From contig CACWKS010000008.1 of the NCBI GenBank assembly GCA_902761535.1, forward strand, positions 9,022 to 73,021: a DNA stretch of 64,000 nucleotides. Reading direction: 5' to 3'. Position numbers and translations under genes: made by a program. The notes beneath the pieces were generated by a model that was given only the letters and a program-made list of their open reading frames with translations, was not told the DNA's origin and did not search any database. Below are positions 47,743 to 58,190 of the stretch, in pieces. Within the stretch, counting starts at the first letter, position 1. Every line of letters starts with the position of its first letter. Origin of the DNA: an uncultured Pseudomonadota bacterium. GTDB taxonomy: Bacteria; Pseudomonadota; Alphaproteobacteria; RF32; CAG-239.

Positions 47743-49467
47743 TTATTTATATAACTTGGGCAAAGCTCCGTCATCATTACTCTGACATTTAACTTTATGT
47801 GCCGCCGCTTTCTTAAAAATCCGCACAAATTCACTGCCGTCCCATTGTGCATTGTTGCCCGAGTATAAAAATTCGCGAATTTTATCGGTTTGTTGATTAA
47901 AGTCTTCATCTTGCAACACGTCGGCCACATCTTGCAAATTGCTGATTCCGGCACTCGGGTATTTATCTTTTCCCCACCACAAAAGCTCATCACGCAGCTT
48001 ATGAATATCTCCGCTATGTGCGGCATTTATCACTGCTTTATAATGATTTGATTTTCCGGCACCGCCTCCGGCAAACAGCTTAAATAACAACCAAGCTAAA
48101 ATCATTCCGCCGACAAAAGCTGCCAACAACATCGCAATCATCATGGTATTGTCGACTTTGGTCACTTCCTGAACTTGTGTCGATAGAGGTTGAGGAGCTT
48201 CTATTGATGTCTTCTCTGCTTGTGGTTTGGGCAGCTCTGTCTCTCCATCACCCTTTACCACCATCGCTTTATAAGCCGGAATTGTTGCTACTTCCGGTGA
48301 ATTTGTATTGGTGTTAAACCAATTTACCTTAACCTCCGGCAACCATATCTCACCGCTCTCCGATGGAATATACACATTATCTGTTTGCATAGAGGTAATT
48401 ATTTGTCCGTTTTTAACCGTCATTTCCGTCAAAGGTTTTTCCGGATATTGCTTAACCCCTTTGACATTGGCAAATTTAAGCTCCGGCATTTGATTATCTG
48501 TTACTCCGTAAGCCTTAACATAAATTGTTCGGCTGACCGGTTCACCGACTTTAAATTTAGGATTGGGTGAATCAAATTCTGCTGATACTTCCACTTTTGA
48601 TGCCGGCAACCACCAACCGTCAACCGTTGCTGCCGGTTTAACTTTAACCGCTATCGGTTTAGTCGTTAACACTACCGGATTTTTGCGTGCAAAAATATCG
48701 TTCAATCCCAACCCTGAGAAAAAGTCATCATCACCGAAGAAATCGGCAAACGGATCAACCCGGCGATTCTTAGTCAGATAATATCCGTTAAATTTAACCG
48801 CCGGTATCTCCAAATTGCCGCTTTTTTGAGGAAACATCGCATAAGTAAAAGTTATTACCCGCAACTGTTTGCCATTGATAATTTTTGTTTCGACCGATGG
48901 CTCATCTAAAGGTTTAATAATCCAGTCATCGCCTGATCCCATAAAGATCGGAGCTTCGCCTTGCAAACCGCCGGTATCATATATTTTCAATTTATAAGTA
49001 ATTTGTTGCTGAATATAAGGATTTTTATTATCCGCTTCGCCGCTTATCTTAAATTGCGGCCTGTTGATATCGGAAGCGGTTGTCGTCGGTTCAACATCAA
49101 CAGCTTCGGCAGTTTTTACCTTGAGTTTTATCGGTTGGGTTTTATATCCGGCCAATTCAATTTCCGGAATAATAATTTCACCGGAGCGATTCGGTATCAT
49201 TACCAAACTCCATTGGCGTGATTTGCTGACATTGCCGTTGATAATATTAGTGCGATAGCCGTTTGAAATTGACAACACATTAAAATCTTTGGATAACACG
49301 TTCAAATCAGGAGTAGCACTGCTGTCAACATCTCTCAAATCAAGAGTTAACACCAAAGTTTCGCCTTCTGATACCGGATTACGATTGACTGTAGCCACAA
49401 ATTCCTGCGCCGCCGCAACATTCATTTGAAATATCAATAATCCTAATAAAATTAAAAACTTCTTCAT
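47743..49467 (-). CDS. batD: BatD-like (oxygen-tolerance) protein
   Basis: Signal peptide, repeated beta-rich modules, one C-terminal TM, and position at the end of a batA/batB string. Confidence 0.7.
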   Translation of the reverse strand: MKKFLILLGLLIFQMNVAAAQEFVATVNRNPVSEGETLVLTLDLRDVDSSATPDLNVLSKDFNVLSISNGYRTNIINGNVSKSRQWSLVMIPNRSGEIIIPEIELAGYKTQPIKLKVKTAEAVDVEPTTTASDINRPQFKISGEADNKNPYIQQQITYKLKIYDTGGLQGEAPIFMGSGDDWIIKPLDEPSVETKIINGKQLRVITFTYAMFPQKSGNLEIPAVKFNGYYLTKNRRVDPFADFFGDDDFFSGLGLNDIFARKNPVVLTTKPIAVKVKPAATVDGWWLPASKVEVSAEFDSPNPKFKVGEPVSRTIYVKAYGVTDNQMPELKFANVKGVKQYPEKPLTEMTVKNGQIITSMQTDNVYIPSESGEIWLPEVKVNWFNTNTNSPEVATIPAYKAMVVKGDGETELPKPQAEKTSIEAPQPLSTQVQEVTKVDNTMMIAMLLAAFVGGMILAWLLFKLFAGGGAGKSNHYKAVINAAHSGDIHKLRDELLWWGKDKYPSAGISNLQDVADVLQDEDFNQQTDKIREFLYSGNNAQWDGSEFVRIFKKAAAHKVKCQSNDDGALPKLYK

Positions 49468-49475
49468 TTTATCAC

Positions 49476-51287
49476 CTATTTTTCATTATAACGATTTTTT
49501 CTGTATTCTTCGGCAATAAATGCTCGTAACAATCCTCCCGGATCTTCGGGTATATCGCGATAACGCTGCATTTTTGCCTGCACTTTTTCATCATAATCTT
49601 CATCGCCTTCCTGCATTTCTGCTTGACCTGCTTGGTTTTGCTCACCTTGTTTCTGTGGCTGATCTTCTGTTTGTTGGTAGTCATAAGACCCACGTGACTG
49701 CTCAGGTTTATCCTGATTGTTTTCATTATCATTTTGCCCGCTTGAATTATTTTCTTGAGATTTGTCATCATTATCTTGCGGTTGCGGCGAATTATCTTGC
49801 TTCTGCTCTTGATTATCGTTGCCGTTTTGTTGCTGATTATTCATTTGTTGTTGCTGATTTTCTTCTCCCTTATTTTCATCATTCTGATTATTGTTTTGAT
49901 TGTTATCTTGCCCATTATCATTATTATTATTTTGTTCACCGCTTTGAGCTTGACTTTCCGAATCTTTATTTTGCTGCGATGATTGATTTTGTTGTTGGTT
50001 TTGTTGTGACGATTGATTTTGTTGTTGCTTCAAATATTCCAAGTTAAATTTGGCATCTTCATGTTGCGGCTGTATTTTCAAAACTTCTTCATATTTAGCG
50101 ATAGCTTCTTTAATTTTTCCCGATTTTGCCAAAGCATTGCCTTGATTATATAATCCTTCAACTGAATTATTTGAAGTATAATATCGCAAGGCTTCAGCAT
50201 AATTACCCTGTCGATAATAGCTGGCAGCTTTCCAGTTTTCATCGCGAAATAATTTTTCGGCTTTTGCATAATTTTTATTGTTAAATGCCTCCAACCCGTC
50301 TTGATCCGCATTTGTGAAAAAACCGGCTTGTGCCTCTCCGATAAAACAAAACAGTGCTATTATCAACAATCCTTTTCTGAATAATAATAAACAACATATC
50401 AGCGGAACAAACAGAAAATACCAACCGTTGTCCAACCATTGTTGCGACAAGTTTTCACCTTTTTCAATCGGAGCATTGGTTTTATTAATCATTTCCGCCC
50501 ACTCATCAATTTGACGATCATTATTTACGGCATCAAGATATTTGCCGCCGCCGGCCTCTGCAACCATACGCAGTTTTTCATTTTCACCGGCCGCAGTTGC
50601 GATGATATTAACTTTTATTCCATCGGTAATTGCTGCTTTTGCCGCTTCAAGCACCAAATTTAATTTTTGTCCCACATCTGAGGCAAATATCACTAAATTA
50701 CCTTGATTATATCCGGCTTCTTTTATCCTTTCTGCACCCAAGGTAATAGCTCGATCAAGGCGATCACCGTTAGCCGGCATTATATCAAGTGATAATGTAG
50801 GTAACAAGTTATGCAAAATTTTCACATCATCGGTAAACGGAACGATTACAAAAGGTTCATCACTATACACACCCAAAGCGGTTTGGGTTGAAGTAAGCTT
50901 ATCGGTAAAGTCTTTAATTTTGTATTTGGCTCGCTCTAGCCGATTTGGTTTAACATCATCATTACTCATATCCGACGACATATTAAGCATAATCACTACC
51001 GGATTTTGTTTTTGCATAACCGGAACTTCTATTTTTTCCCAACTGGGACCGGCTGCGATTATTGCCGCGGAAACCAAACCGAGCAACGCTGTTCGCATTA
51101 ACATTTTGCGATTGTTGGCAACACCTTTAATTAACAGAAAGTCCAATAATTTCGGATCAATAACCTTTTGCCATGAGGAAACGGCAGTATTTCCGTTGTG
51201 ATAAAGCCTTTGCAGCAAAAAAGGTATAACTGCCAATAACAAAAACCACGGACGTAAAAAATGAAAATCACCTAACCACTCAGTCAT
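49476..51287 (-). CDS. batB: VWA + TPR protein (BatB/BatC-like fusion) with a Q/N/D-rich C-terminal tract
   Basis: N-terminal TMs, VWA domain (VVIMLNMSSDM), a TM, TPR repeats (YNQGNALAKSGKIKEAI), then ~140 aa of Q/N/D/E low complexity. Confidence 0.7.
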   Translation of the reverse strand: MTEWLGDFHFLRPWFLLLAVIPFLLQRLYHNGNTAVSSWQKVIDPKLLDFLLIKGVANNRKMLMRTALLGLVSAAIIAAGPSWEKIEVPVMQKQNPVVIMLNMSSDMSNDDVKPNRLERAKYKIKDFTDKLTSTQTALGVYSDEPFVIVPFTDDVKILHNLLPTLSLDIMPANGDRLDRAITLGAERIKEAGYNQGNLVIFASDVGQKLNLVLEAAKAAITDGIKVNIIATAAGENEKLRMVAEAGGGKYLDAVNNDRQIDEWAEMINKTNAPIEKGENLSQQWLDNGWYFLFVPLICCLLLFRKGLLIIALFCFIGEAQAGFFTNADQDGLEAFNNKNYAKAEKLFRDENWKAASYYRQGNYAEALRYYTSNNSVEGLYNQGNALAKSGKIKEAIAKYEEVLKIQPQHEDAKFNLEYLKQQQNQSSQQNQQQNQSSQQNKDSESQAQSGEQNNNNDNGQDNNQNNNQNDENKGEENQQQQMNNQQQNGNDNQEQKQDNSPQPQDNDDKSQENNSSGQNDNENNQDKPEQSRGSYDYQQTEDQPQKQGEQNQAGQAEMQEGDEDYDEKVQAKMQRYRDIPEDPGGLLRAFIAEEYRKNRYNEK

Positions 51288-52284
51288 TTTTTTTACTCCT
51301 TTGCATTAAAGAGGCAATCAACGCAAACAACCAAGCTGCTATTAAAGGAATATAATACACTTCATCAACTTTTTGCACAAATCGTGCATCTTCATTTGAA
51401 GCCTCCAAAGAATCAATTATTTGATAAACCTTTTGTAAATCAGCCGCTGAAGAAGCCCTGAAATATTGTCCTTTTGACATCTCAGCCAAATTTTTTAATT
51501 CGTTTTCGTCCGCGTCATGCAGACCGACCGCTGATAGCATTCTGAAAAACAAATTAGGTGAGCCCACACCGATGGTATAGATTTTAACATCTTCCTGTGC
51601 CGCCAGTTTCATAGCACCGGCCATTGATAATGATCCGTCATTGTTTTCTCCATCGGTCAGCAAAATAATTATCTGACTTTTTTTATTTTTAGGAGCTTGA
51701 ATATTTTTTAATGCTAAGGCTAAAGCATCGCCGATACTGGTTGAATCACCTGCCATTCCGGCTTTCATGGAAAATAAAATATTTTTAACTGTTGCTTTAT
51801 CATAAGTGAGCGGTGATTGCAGATAAGCACGTGTTCCGAATAATATCAGACCGATTCGATCATTGGCTCGTTTTTGCACAAAATCAGCCACCGTTTTCTT
51901 TACTGCTTCAAGACGAGTAATTGCATGACCGTTAATGTTAAAATCAGGTTCCAACATCGAGGTTGAAATATCTAACACCAACATTATATCACGTCCTTCA
52001 TTAGGCAATCTTTGCGGTTCATCGGCAATTTGCGGACGTGCAGCTGCCAAACATAACAAAGCCCAAACTATATACAACATTACAAATTTGCCTGAAATTT
52101 TTTCATTTGTTCCGGCATTGACTTTCCATAAACCTCCGTTTTTCAGCGAAATTCTTTTCAAGTCATCTATAAACGGAATTCTCAGGGCATTGCCGTACAT
52201 CCCGCGCATCGGCGGCAGCAGATAATAAAATATCGGCGGTAACAAAAGCAATGCAAAAGCCCAAGGAAAAGCGAATATAATCAT
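51280..52284 (-). CDS. batA: VWA-domain membrane protein BatA-like
   Basis: FAFPWAFALLLLPP N-terminus and MIDAS block VLDISTSM. Start set at ATG 52284, which makes an ATGA overlap with the upstream ORF. Confidence 0.75.
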   Translation of the reverse strand: MIIFAFPWAFALLLLPPIFYYLLPPMRGMYGNALRIPFIDDLKRISLKNGGLWKVNAGTNEKISGKFVMLYIVWALLCLAAARPQIADEPQRLPNEGRDIMLVLDISTSMLEPDFNINGHAITRLEAVKKTVADFVQKRANDRIGLILFGTRAYLQSPLTYDKATVKNILFSMKAGMAGDSTSIGDALALALKNIQAPKNKKSQIIILLTDGENNDGSLSMAGAMKLAAQEDVKIYTIGVGSPNLFFRMLSAVGLHDADENELKNLAEMSKGQYFRASSAADLQKVYQIIDSLEASNEDARFVQKVDEVYYIPLIAAWLFALIASLMQRSKKND

Positions 52285-52742
52285 AGATTTTCTCCTATCC
52301 AGCTTTTGCAAAATTCATATAATTTAGCCATGTCATTACTGTCAAAATCCGAAGAATCATCCGGCATATAAGGAGCATTGAGCAAAATTTCTTTGACATT
52401 GTCCTCTAAATTAAACTTACCTTGCTTTGTCAAAAACTTTATCCATTCATCACCGCTCAAACTTACGGCTTGAGGGTATTTATACATACAAATTCGCCGC
52501 AAAATTTCTGATATTGCGGCCGCAGTTTTCACGGAATTTTTGCCTGCTGATTTTTTTAATTGCCGTAAAGCATAAAGTTTCTTTGATTTTCTTCGTAAAT
52601 AATTCCAGGTTTTCAGCAATATCAAAGTTGTTGAAATTGTAATCAAAATAATCCACCAACCATAGCCGATCGGCCACAAGGAAACCCCTTCCGGCAAATG
52701 AATATCACGTAACTCTGGCAGATTATCCGGCATTGAAACCAT
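52281..52742 (-). CDS. DUF4381-like membrane protein
   Basis: LRDIHLPEGVSLWPIGYGWW followed by a TM, the usual first small gene of bat/MoxR-VWA operons. Confidence 0.55.
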   Translation of the reverse strand: MVSMPDNLPELRDIHLPEGVSLWPIGYGWWIILITISTTLILLKTWNYLRRKSKKLYALRQLKKSAGKNSVKTAAAISEILRRICMYKYPQAVSLSGDEWIKFLTKQGKFNLEDNVKEILLNAPYMPDDSSDFDSNDMAKLYEFCKSWIGENL

Positions 52743-52799
52743 GATTTTTTTCGCTCCTTCCCTACAATTATTTAGGGACGAATATGATGATAATCAAGT

Positions 52800-54053
52800 T
52801 TATTTTAATTTAATTACCCCGAATTTTTTCTTACCCAAAGCAATTTTAATCTGTCCGTCAGATTGATCAACCGAACTCAAATGATAATTTTCATCGATAA
52901 CCGTCTTATCATTAAGTTTCAATCCGCCTTGTTTGATTAAGCGCCGAGCTTCGCCTTTGGATGCACAAAAACCGATTCCTACAAAAGCATCTAAAATTCC
53001 GCATCCGTCAGTAGTCTCAAAGACCGGCAAATTGTCGCCCAAAGCTCCTTGTTCAAAAGTTTTGGCCGCGGTATCTTGTGCTGCTTCAGCCTCGCTTAAA
53101 CCCCGACAAATTTTGGTTGCCTCAAAAGCCAAAATCTTCTTGGCTTCATTAATTTCTTTATCTTGCAAAGCTTCCAAACGTTTTACCTCATCCATCGGCA
53201 AATCAGTGTATATGCGCAAACATTTTCCCACTTCTGTATCGCCGATATTGCGGAAATACTGATAATAATCATAAGATGACAATTTATCTTCATTAATCCA
53301 AACGGCATTGCCTTCGGATTTACCCATTTTTTTGCCTGCAGCATCGGTGATAATCGGCGAGGTATAACCGAACAATTCTACATCATATTTGCGGCGTCCC
53401 AATTCTGTTCCCGAAGTGATATTACCCCATTGATCGGATCCGGCGATTTGTGCCCGACATCCGTATTTTTGATAAAGAACGCAAAAATCATATCCTTGCA
53501 ATAACATATAATTAAATTCCAAAAAGCTCATCGGTTGTTCGCGTTCCAAACGAGTTCTGACACTATCCATTGTCAGCATGCGATTGACCGAGTAACAAGT
53601 TCCGATATCGCGCAAAAAAGCCAGATAATTTATATCCTTAAACCAATCCCAGTTATCAACCATAACTGCACCGTTAGCACTATTGTTGAAATTCAAAAAT
53701 TTTCCGAAAGATTTTTGTAATCCCTTAATATTATGCTCCAAAGTCTCTTCGCTCAGAAACGGACGCAATTTGTCTTTACCGGAAGGATCACCGATGCGTG
53801 CGGTTGCACCTCCTACCAATGCAATCGGCTTATGTCCGCATTTCTGAAACCAACGCAACATCATTAATGGTACAATATGTCCCACATGCAAACTGTCTCC
53901 GGTCGGATCAGAACCCAAATATCCTACTGCCGGTTTACCTTCTTTTTCGCAATTATACAAATATTCATCAAAGCCTTCCAAATTAGTGCATTGATTGTAA
54001 AAACCGCGTTGCAGCATTATATTCAAAAATTCTGATTTTAACTGTGTCATCAA
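52800..54053 (-). CDS. tyrS: Tyrosine--tRNA ligase
   Basis: HVGH and KMGKS motifs and a C-terminal S4-like domain. Confidence 0.95.
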   Translation of the reverse strand: MMTQLKSEFLNIMLQRGFYNQCTNLEGFDEYLYNCEKEGKPAVGYLGSDPTGDSLHVGHIVPLMMLRWFQKCGHKPIALVGGATARIGDPSGKDKLRPFLSEETLEHNIKGLQKSFGKFLNFNNSANGAVMVDNWDWFKDINYLAFLRDIGTCYSVNRMLTMDSVRTRLEREQPMSFLEFNYMLLQGYDFCVLYQKYGCRAQIAGSDQWGNITSGTELGRRKYDVELFGYTSPIITDAAGKKMGKSEGNAVWINEDKLSSYDYYQYFRNIGDTEVGKCLRIYTDLPMDEVKRLEALQDKEINEAKKILAFEATKICRGLSEAEAAQDTAAKTFEQGALGDNLPVFETTDGCGILDAFVGIGFCASKGEARRLIKQGGLKLNDKTVIDENYHLSSVDQSDGQIKIALGKKKFGVIKLK

Positions 54054-54170
54054 TTTTTCCTTCTATTAAATATCATAACTAAATGTTAACGTATGGACGT
54101 TATAATTATCTTCGACAGCATAGCATATTATCACATATTTTTGTTAATGCAAGAAAGGAGTTGACTTTTT

Positions 54171-55265
54171 ATGTCATCATTACAAACTTTTCGAGTTTTA
54201 GGTATTTCCAGTGGTTCGGCACTTGACGGAGTTGATGCTTCGGTTATTGTTACCGATGGTGTTGATGTATTTGATATTTGCCGCAATTATGAGTTTCCTT
54301 TTGATGAGGAGTTACGTAATAATCTTATAAAATTACATAAAAATTATCCGAATATCGATGAAAATGAAAAAATCAATGTGGAGGCAAAATATACCGATTT
54401 TTGCATTGACGCGGTTAAAGAAATATTGGAGGATGATAAAGATATAAATTTGATCGGATTTGGCGGACATATCATTTGTCACAAACCTCAGGAACATATT
54501 TTGTGTCAAATCGGTGATAACGAAAAAATAGCTCATCAATGCAATATTACAACTGTCGGCAGATTGCGTGATGCCGATATGCTATCCGGCGGTATGGGAG
54601 CACCTCTGGCAGCCATTTATCATGCCGCTTTGTCGCAAAAATTGCCTAAACCTCTGGTGTGGATTGATATCGGAGGCATAAGTGCTTTAACTTATATCGG
54701 TATTAATGGCGAGTTATTGGCTTTTGATACCGGTCCCGGTAATGCATTTATCAATGATTGGGTGGCCAAACATGCGGGAATCTATATGGATCATAACGGC
54801 AGTCTTGCCGCTTCCGGTCATATTAACAACGATGTATTATCGTCTTTAATGCGGCATAAATTTTTAAATATTCAGCCGCCCAAAGCAGTCGATAAAAGTG
54901 TTTTTGATGATAAAAGAGAACATCTTGAAGGGTTGAGCGTTGAAGATGGCGCAGCTACCGCTACGGCATTTGTTGCCGATTCCATAATCAAAGCAATCAA
55001 AGATTTCGTTCCGGAAAAACCCAACGAAGTAATTATTTGTGGCGGAGGGGCTAAAAATCCGACTTTGATGCGTTTTTTACGTCAGCGATCTGAGGATCTG
55101 GAAATATGCAATTCCGAACAACACGATTTTGCTTCACAAGCTATCGAAGCTCAAGCATTTGGTTATTTGGCGGTTCGCCGTTGTAACCAAATGCCGACTT
55201 CTTATCCGTTCACCACCGGTGCTGCAATGGAAGTTATTGGTGGCGAAGTATATGCTAATTCTTAG
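54171..55265 (+). CDS. anmK: Anhydro-N-acetylmuramic acid kinase
   Basis: GISSGSALDGVDA N-terminus, DTGPGN and CGGGAKNP blocks. Confidence 0.9.
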   Translation: MSSLQTFRVLGISSGSALDGVDASVIVTDGVDVFDICRNYEFPFDEELRNNLIKLHKNYPNIDENEKINVEAKYTDFCIDAVKEILEDDKDINLIGFGGHIICHKPQEHILCQIGDNEKIAHQCNITTVGRLRDADMLSGGMGAPLAAIYHAALSQKLPKPLVWIDIGGISALTYIGINGELLAFDTGPGNAFINDWVAKHAGIYMDHNGSLAASGHINNDVLSSLMRHKFLNIQPPKAVDKSVFDDKREHLEGLSVEDGAATATAFVADSIIKAIKDFVPEKPNEVIICGGGAKNPTLMRFLRQRSEDLEICNSEQHDFASQAIEAQAFGYLAVRRCNQMPTSYPFTTGAAMEVIGGEVYANS

Positions 55266-55426
55266 TAATTAGCCTCTTTTACAGCCTTATCGGTTGCAAA
55301 ATCGGAAGTGCGTTGCACGGTGTTTCCGAAACTCTCCATGAAGGAGTCTAAATAACCGTTATCATACAGCCATTTTCCACCAAATACCAATCCGGCTAAA
55401 ATTACTAACCAAGTTAATGTTTTCAT
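55262..55426 (-). CDS. Unannotated 54-aa membrane-anchored protein
   Basis: Hand-translated MKTLTWLVILAGLVFGGKWLYDNGYLDSFMESFGNTVQRTSDFATDKAVKEANY. AAGGAG lies 7 nt upstream. Its stop overlaps the anmK stop. Confidence 0.4.
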   Translation of the reverse strand: MKTLTWLVILAGLVFGGKWLYDNGYLDSFMESFGNTVQRTSDFATDKAVKEANY

Positions 55427-55453
55427 TTTTTTCTCCTTTGAGTTATAAGTTAA

Positions 55454-55933
55454 TTATTTCATTGCATTAAGCAAAAGTTTGGCATAACAAGGGTGGTCCC
55501 CGTCACAGCTGATTACTACCTGCAAATTTTGATTAAAGTTTACAACATAAGTAGTTACAATAATTTCTTTGGGCGGATAGACGGGAATAATGTTTTTTTC
55601 CTGCCATATATTCACCTTATATCCGTTAATCACCTCTTGTGCCAAAACCGGTTCCTTCGGCTGATAAGATCCGTCAAAATTCATTGATATTTGCGTAACT
55701 TCTTGCTCGCTTGTTGCATTACCTGCCGGCATGGTTTCATAAATCACGCAAGCAATAACATCTTTATCGGCATCTTTTTGAATACGGCAATAATTATTGG
55801 GGTTGGTGTTTATTTTAGCTATTGCTTGCTCCAACCAGCCCTTCATTTGTAGCATATCATATCCGGCCTGAGATATAGTTGCTTGACCGAATATTAATGC
55901 ATTTAACAATAAAATTTTAATAAATTTATTCAC
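55454..55933 (-). CDS. Hypothetical secreted protein
   Basis: GTG start and signal peptide. AT-rich pocket. Confidence 0.5.
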   Translation of the reverse strand: MNKFIKILLLNALIFGQATISQAGYDMLQMKGWLEQAIAKINTNPNNYCRIQKDADKDVIACVIYETMPAGNATSEQEVTQISMNFDGSYQPKEPVLAQEVINGYKVNIWQEKNIIPVYPPKEIIVTTYVVNFNQNLQVVISCDGDHPCYAKLLLNAMK

Positions 55934-55970
55934 TTTTTTGTTTGCTTTCTGTTATCTGTTGAATTTTACA

Positions 55971-56882
55971 TTATTTTCTTTTCTCTTGCTTTTCTTTCAT
56001 CTTCTGCTTCATTTCTTCAAATTCTTTTTCAAAACTACTGTTTAATCGCGCTCTTATTTCTGCACTTGACTCTCCACCTAACATTTGCAGCAAATGCTGT
56101 ACATCAACAGTCTGCAATAATTGCTCTATAGTATCATCATAATTTCCACCGAATGCTTTTATGTGTATTCCTAATTGACCGACAGAAACAAATGCATAAG
56201 CACTTGTTTTTTCATTGTCAATAGCCTTCATTCCTTCAAAATTATTTACATTTAACGGAGTGAATTTACTGATATTGATTTCATCATCAATAATAGTTAT
56301 TTTTGAGCTGTTTTTTATATTATCAATGGATTGATTTTGCGATATCATTTCTGCATCATTACTCATTTTTTGAGAGATTTTATCCCCTAATTTATTCATC
56401 GTTCCGACAAGCGAATTAGTCATTTCTTTGCTCATTAAAAGGCAATAACTTTTGGCCAATTGCATAGTAATTTGTGATTGATTTAATATGAAATTACCTT
56501 TGGCAAAATTTTCAAGATTTTTGGCTTCAAGATTTATGGTAAAATCGTTGATGTTATTTGGCGCAATAAGTTTCACGATATTTTCTGCATCTTGTTGCGT
56601 CATAGGTGCCATTTTTTTATCTTCTTCCATGCAAACTTTTCCTATAGCCGCTATTTTAGCAAATTCCTCCAAAAAAACCGCTATTGCTTCTCCTACAGTA
56701 GCAAAATTTTCAGTTGCTATTTTACTATCAATGTTATTATCTTCCTTATTTAACAGTTGTTCTTCAAAAGAAGATGAATTTTCAAATTGATTTTGATTTT
56801 CCTCCTGAGCTTTTGCCAAGTTTGTACTAAACAGAATAACGCTTGCTAAAACAACAATTTTTTTCATCATGATCAGCCTCAC
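55971..56882 (-). CDS. Hypothetical secreted protein with Lys/Glu-rich tail
   Basis: Signal peptide MMKKIVVLASVILFSTNLAKA. No family recognised. Confidence 0.5.
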   Translation of the reverse strand: MRLIMMKKIVVLASVILFSTNLAKAQEENQNQFENSSSFEEQLLNKEDNNIDSKIATENFATVGEAIAVFLEEFAKIAAIGKVCMEEDKKMAPMTQQDAENIVKLIAPNNINDFTINLEAKNLENFAKGNFILNQSQITMQLAKSYCLLMSKEMTNSLVGTMNKLGDKISQKMSNDAEMISQNQSIDNIKNSSKITIIDDEINISKFTPLNVNNFEGMKAIDNEKTSAYAFVSVGQLGIHIKAFGGNYDDTIEQLLQTVDVQHLLQMLGGESSAEIRARLNSSFEKEFEEMKQKMKEKQEKRK

Positions 56883-57020
56883 TACAATTTTATTACCACA
56901 ATTCTAGAAGCAAAGCTTTAATATTTGTTTAAACTGTGGCTTTATTAACAATATTTCTTGCTTTAAGCATAAAATAATATAAAATAACCGCTACGAATTA
57001 TAAGGTTAAAGAGGAATATT

Positions 57021-58169
57021 ATGAGTTCAGCTGAAGTTAAACAACCGATAGTATTGCAAGTTCTACCGGAAATGAATCATGGCGGAGTCGAGTTGGGAAC
57101 TGTCGAAATTGCCACAGCATTGCAAGAAAGAGGCATCAAAAATTTTGTTGCTTCATCGGGCGGTCGCATGGTCTACGATTTGCAAAAAAACAAAATCAAA
57201 CATTTTGAACTTCCGCTCAAAACTAAAAATATACTTAAAATGTATATTAACTCATTGCGTTTGGCTAAAATCATCAAAGAAAACGGAATTAATATCGTTC
57301 ATGCTCGTTCGCGTGCTCCGGCCTGGAGTGCTTATTGGGCAGCTAAAAAGACCGGAGCTGTTTTTCTCACCACTTATCACGGCACTTACGGTTTAGGTCC
57401 GTTAAAACTTAAAAAGATTTATAATCGGGTTATGACCTATGGTAAGTTAGTTATTGCCATTTCCGAACACATCAAAAAACATATCATGAGCGAATACCAC
57501 GTCCCTGAGGATAAAATCCGCTTGATTCATCGTTGTGTTAATCTTGACAATTTCAGTCCCGAAAAAGTCAGTCAGGAACGAATCATAAAAACTATATCCG
57601 ATTTTAATATCCCCGAGGACAAACCGATTATCTCTCTGGTTGGGCGTGTAACGCCGTGGAAAGGTCAGTCTTTGTTGATAGATGCCTTATCAAAAGTAAA
57701 AAATAAAGATTTTTATTGTCTGATAGTCGGCTCTGATCAAGGGCGCACCTCTTATAGTAATCGTCTTAAAGAAATGGTCAAACGCTATAATCTTGAAAGT
57801 AAATTACAATTTATCGAACATAGTTTTGATATTCCGGCTTTATTGATGATATCTGATGTTGTTTTGTCAACAGCTACCGAGCCTGAAGCTTTCGGACGTG
57901 CTGCTATTGAAGGTCAGGCTATGGGCAAAATTGTGATTGCCTCAAACATCGGCGGCTCTCTGGAAAATACCATCGACGGCATTACCGGCAAATTGTTTAA
58001 AAGCGGCGATGTCGATGATTTAGCGGCTTCGATTGATTGGGCTTTGAGCCTTTCCAAAGATGAAAAAGCCAAAATCGGTGCTGCGGCGATAAAAAATGTA
58101 AAAGAACACTTTACGAAACAAATAATGTGTGATAAAACGATTGCTGTTTATCAAGAGTTAATAAAATAA
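57021..58169 (+). CDS. Glycosyltransferase family 4 (GT-B, group 1)
   Basis: GGVE N-terminal block and EX7E region EPEAFGRAAIEGQAMG. Confidence 0.8.
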   Translation: MSSAEVKQPIVLQVLPEMNHGGVELGTVEIATALQERGIKNFVASSGGRMVYDLQKNKIKHFELPLKTKNILKMYINSLRLAKIIKENGINIVHARSRAPAWSAYWAAKKTGAVFLTTYHGTYGLGPLKLKKIYNRVMTYGKLVIAISEHIKKHIMSEYHVPEDKIRLIHRCVNLDNFSPEKVSQERIIKTISDFNIPEDKPIISLVGRVTPWKGQSLLIDALSKVKNKDFYCLIVGSDQGRTSYSNRLKEMVKRYNLESKLQFIEHSFDIPALLMISDVVLSTATEPEAFGRAAIEGQAMGKIVIASNIGGSLENTIDGITGKLFKSGDVDDLAASIDWALSLSKDEKAKIGAAAIKNVKEHFTKQIMCDKTIAVYQELIK

Positions 58170-58190
58170 AAAGAAAGGAATAATTGAATT

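Noticed and set aside
47721-48026. 101-aa minus-strand ORF overlapping the 3' end of batD
   Set aside because: It is an alternative frame of batD, it runs past the batD stop towards the terminator hairpin, and it has no independent support.
49472-50047. ORFs 49472-49771 (minus), 49520-50047 and 49755-49982 (plus)
   Set aside because: All arise from the low-complexity Q/N-rich repeat tract of the BatB-like gene, where every frame stays open. The BatB-like frame is the one continuous with the VWA and TPR domains.
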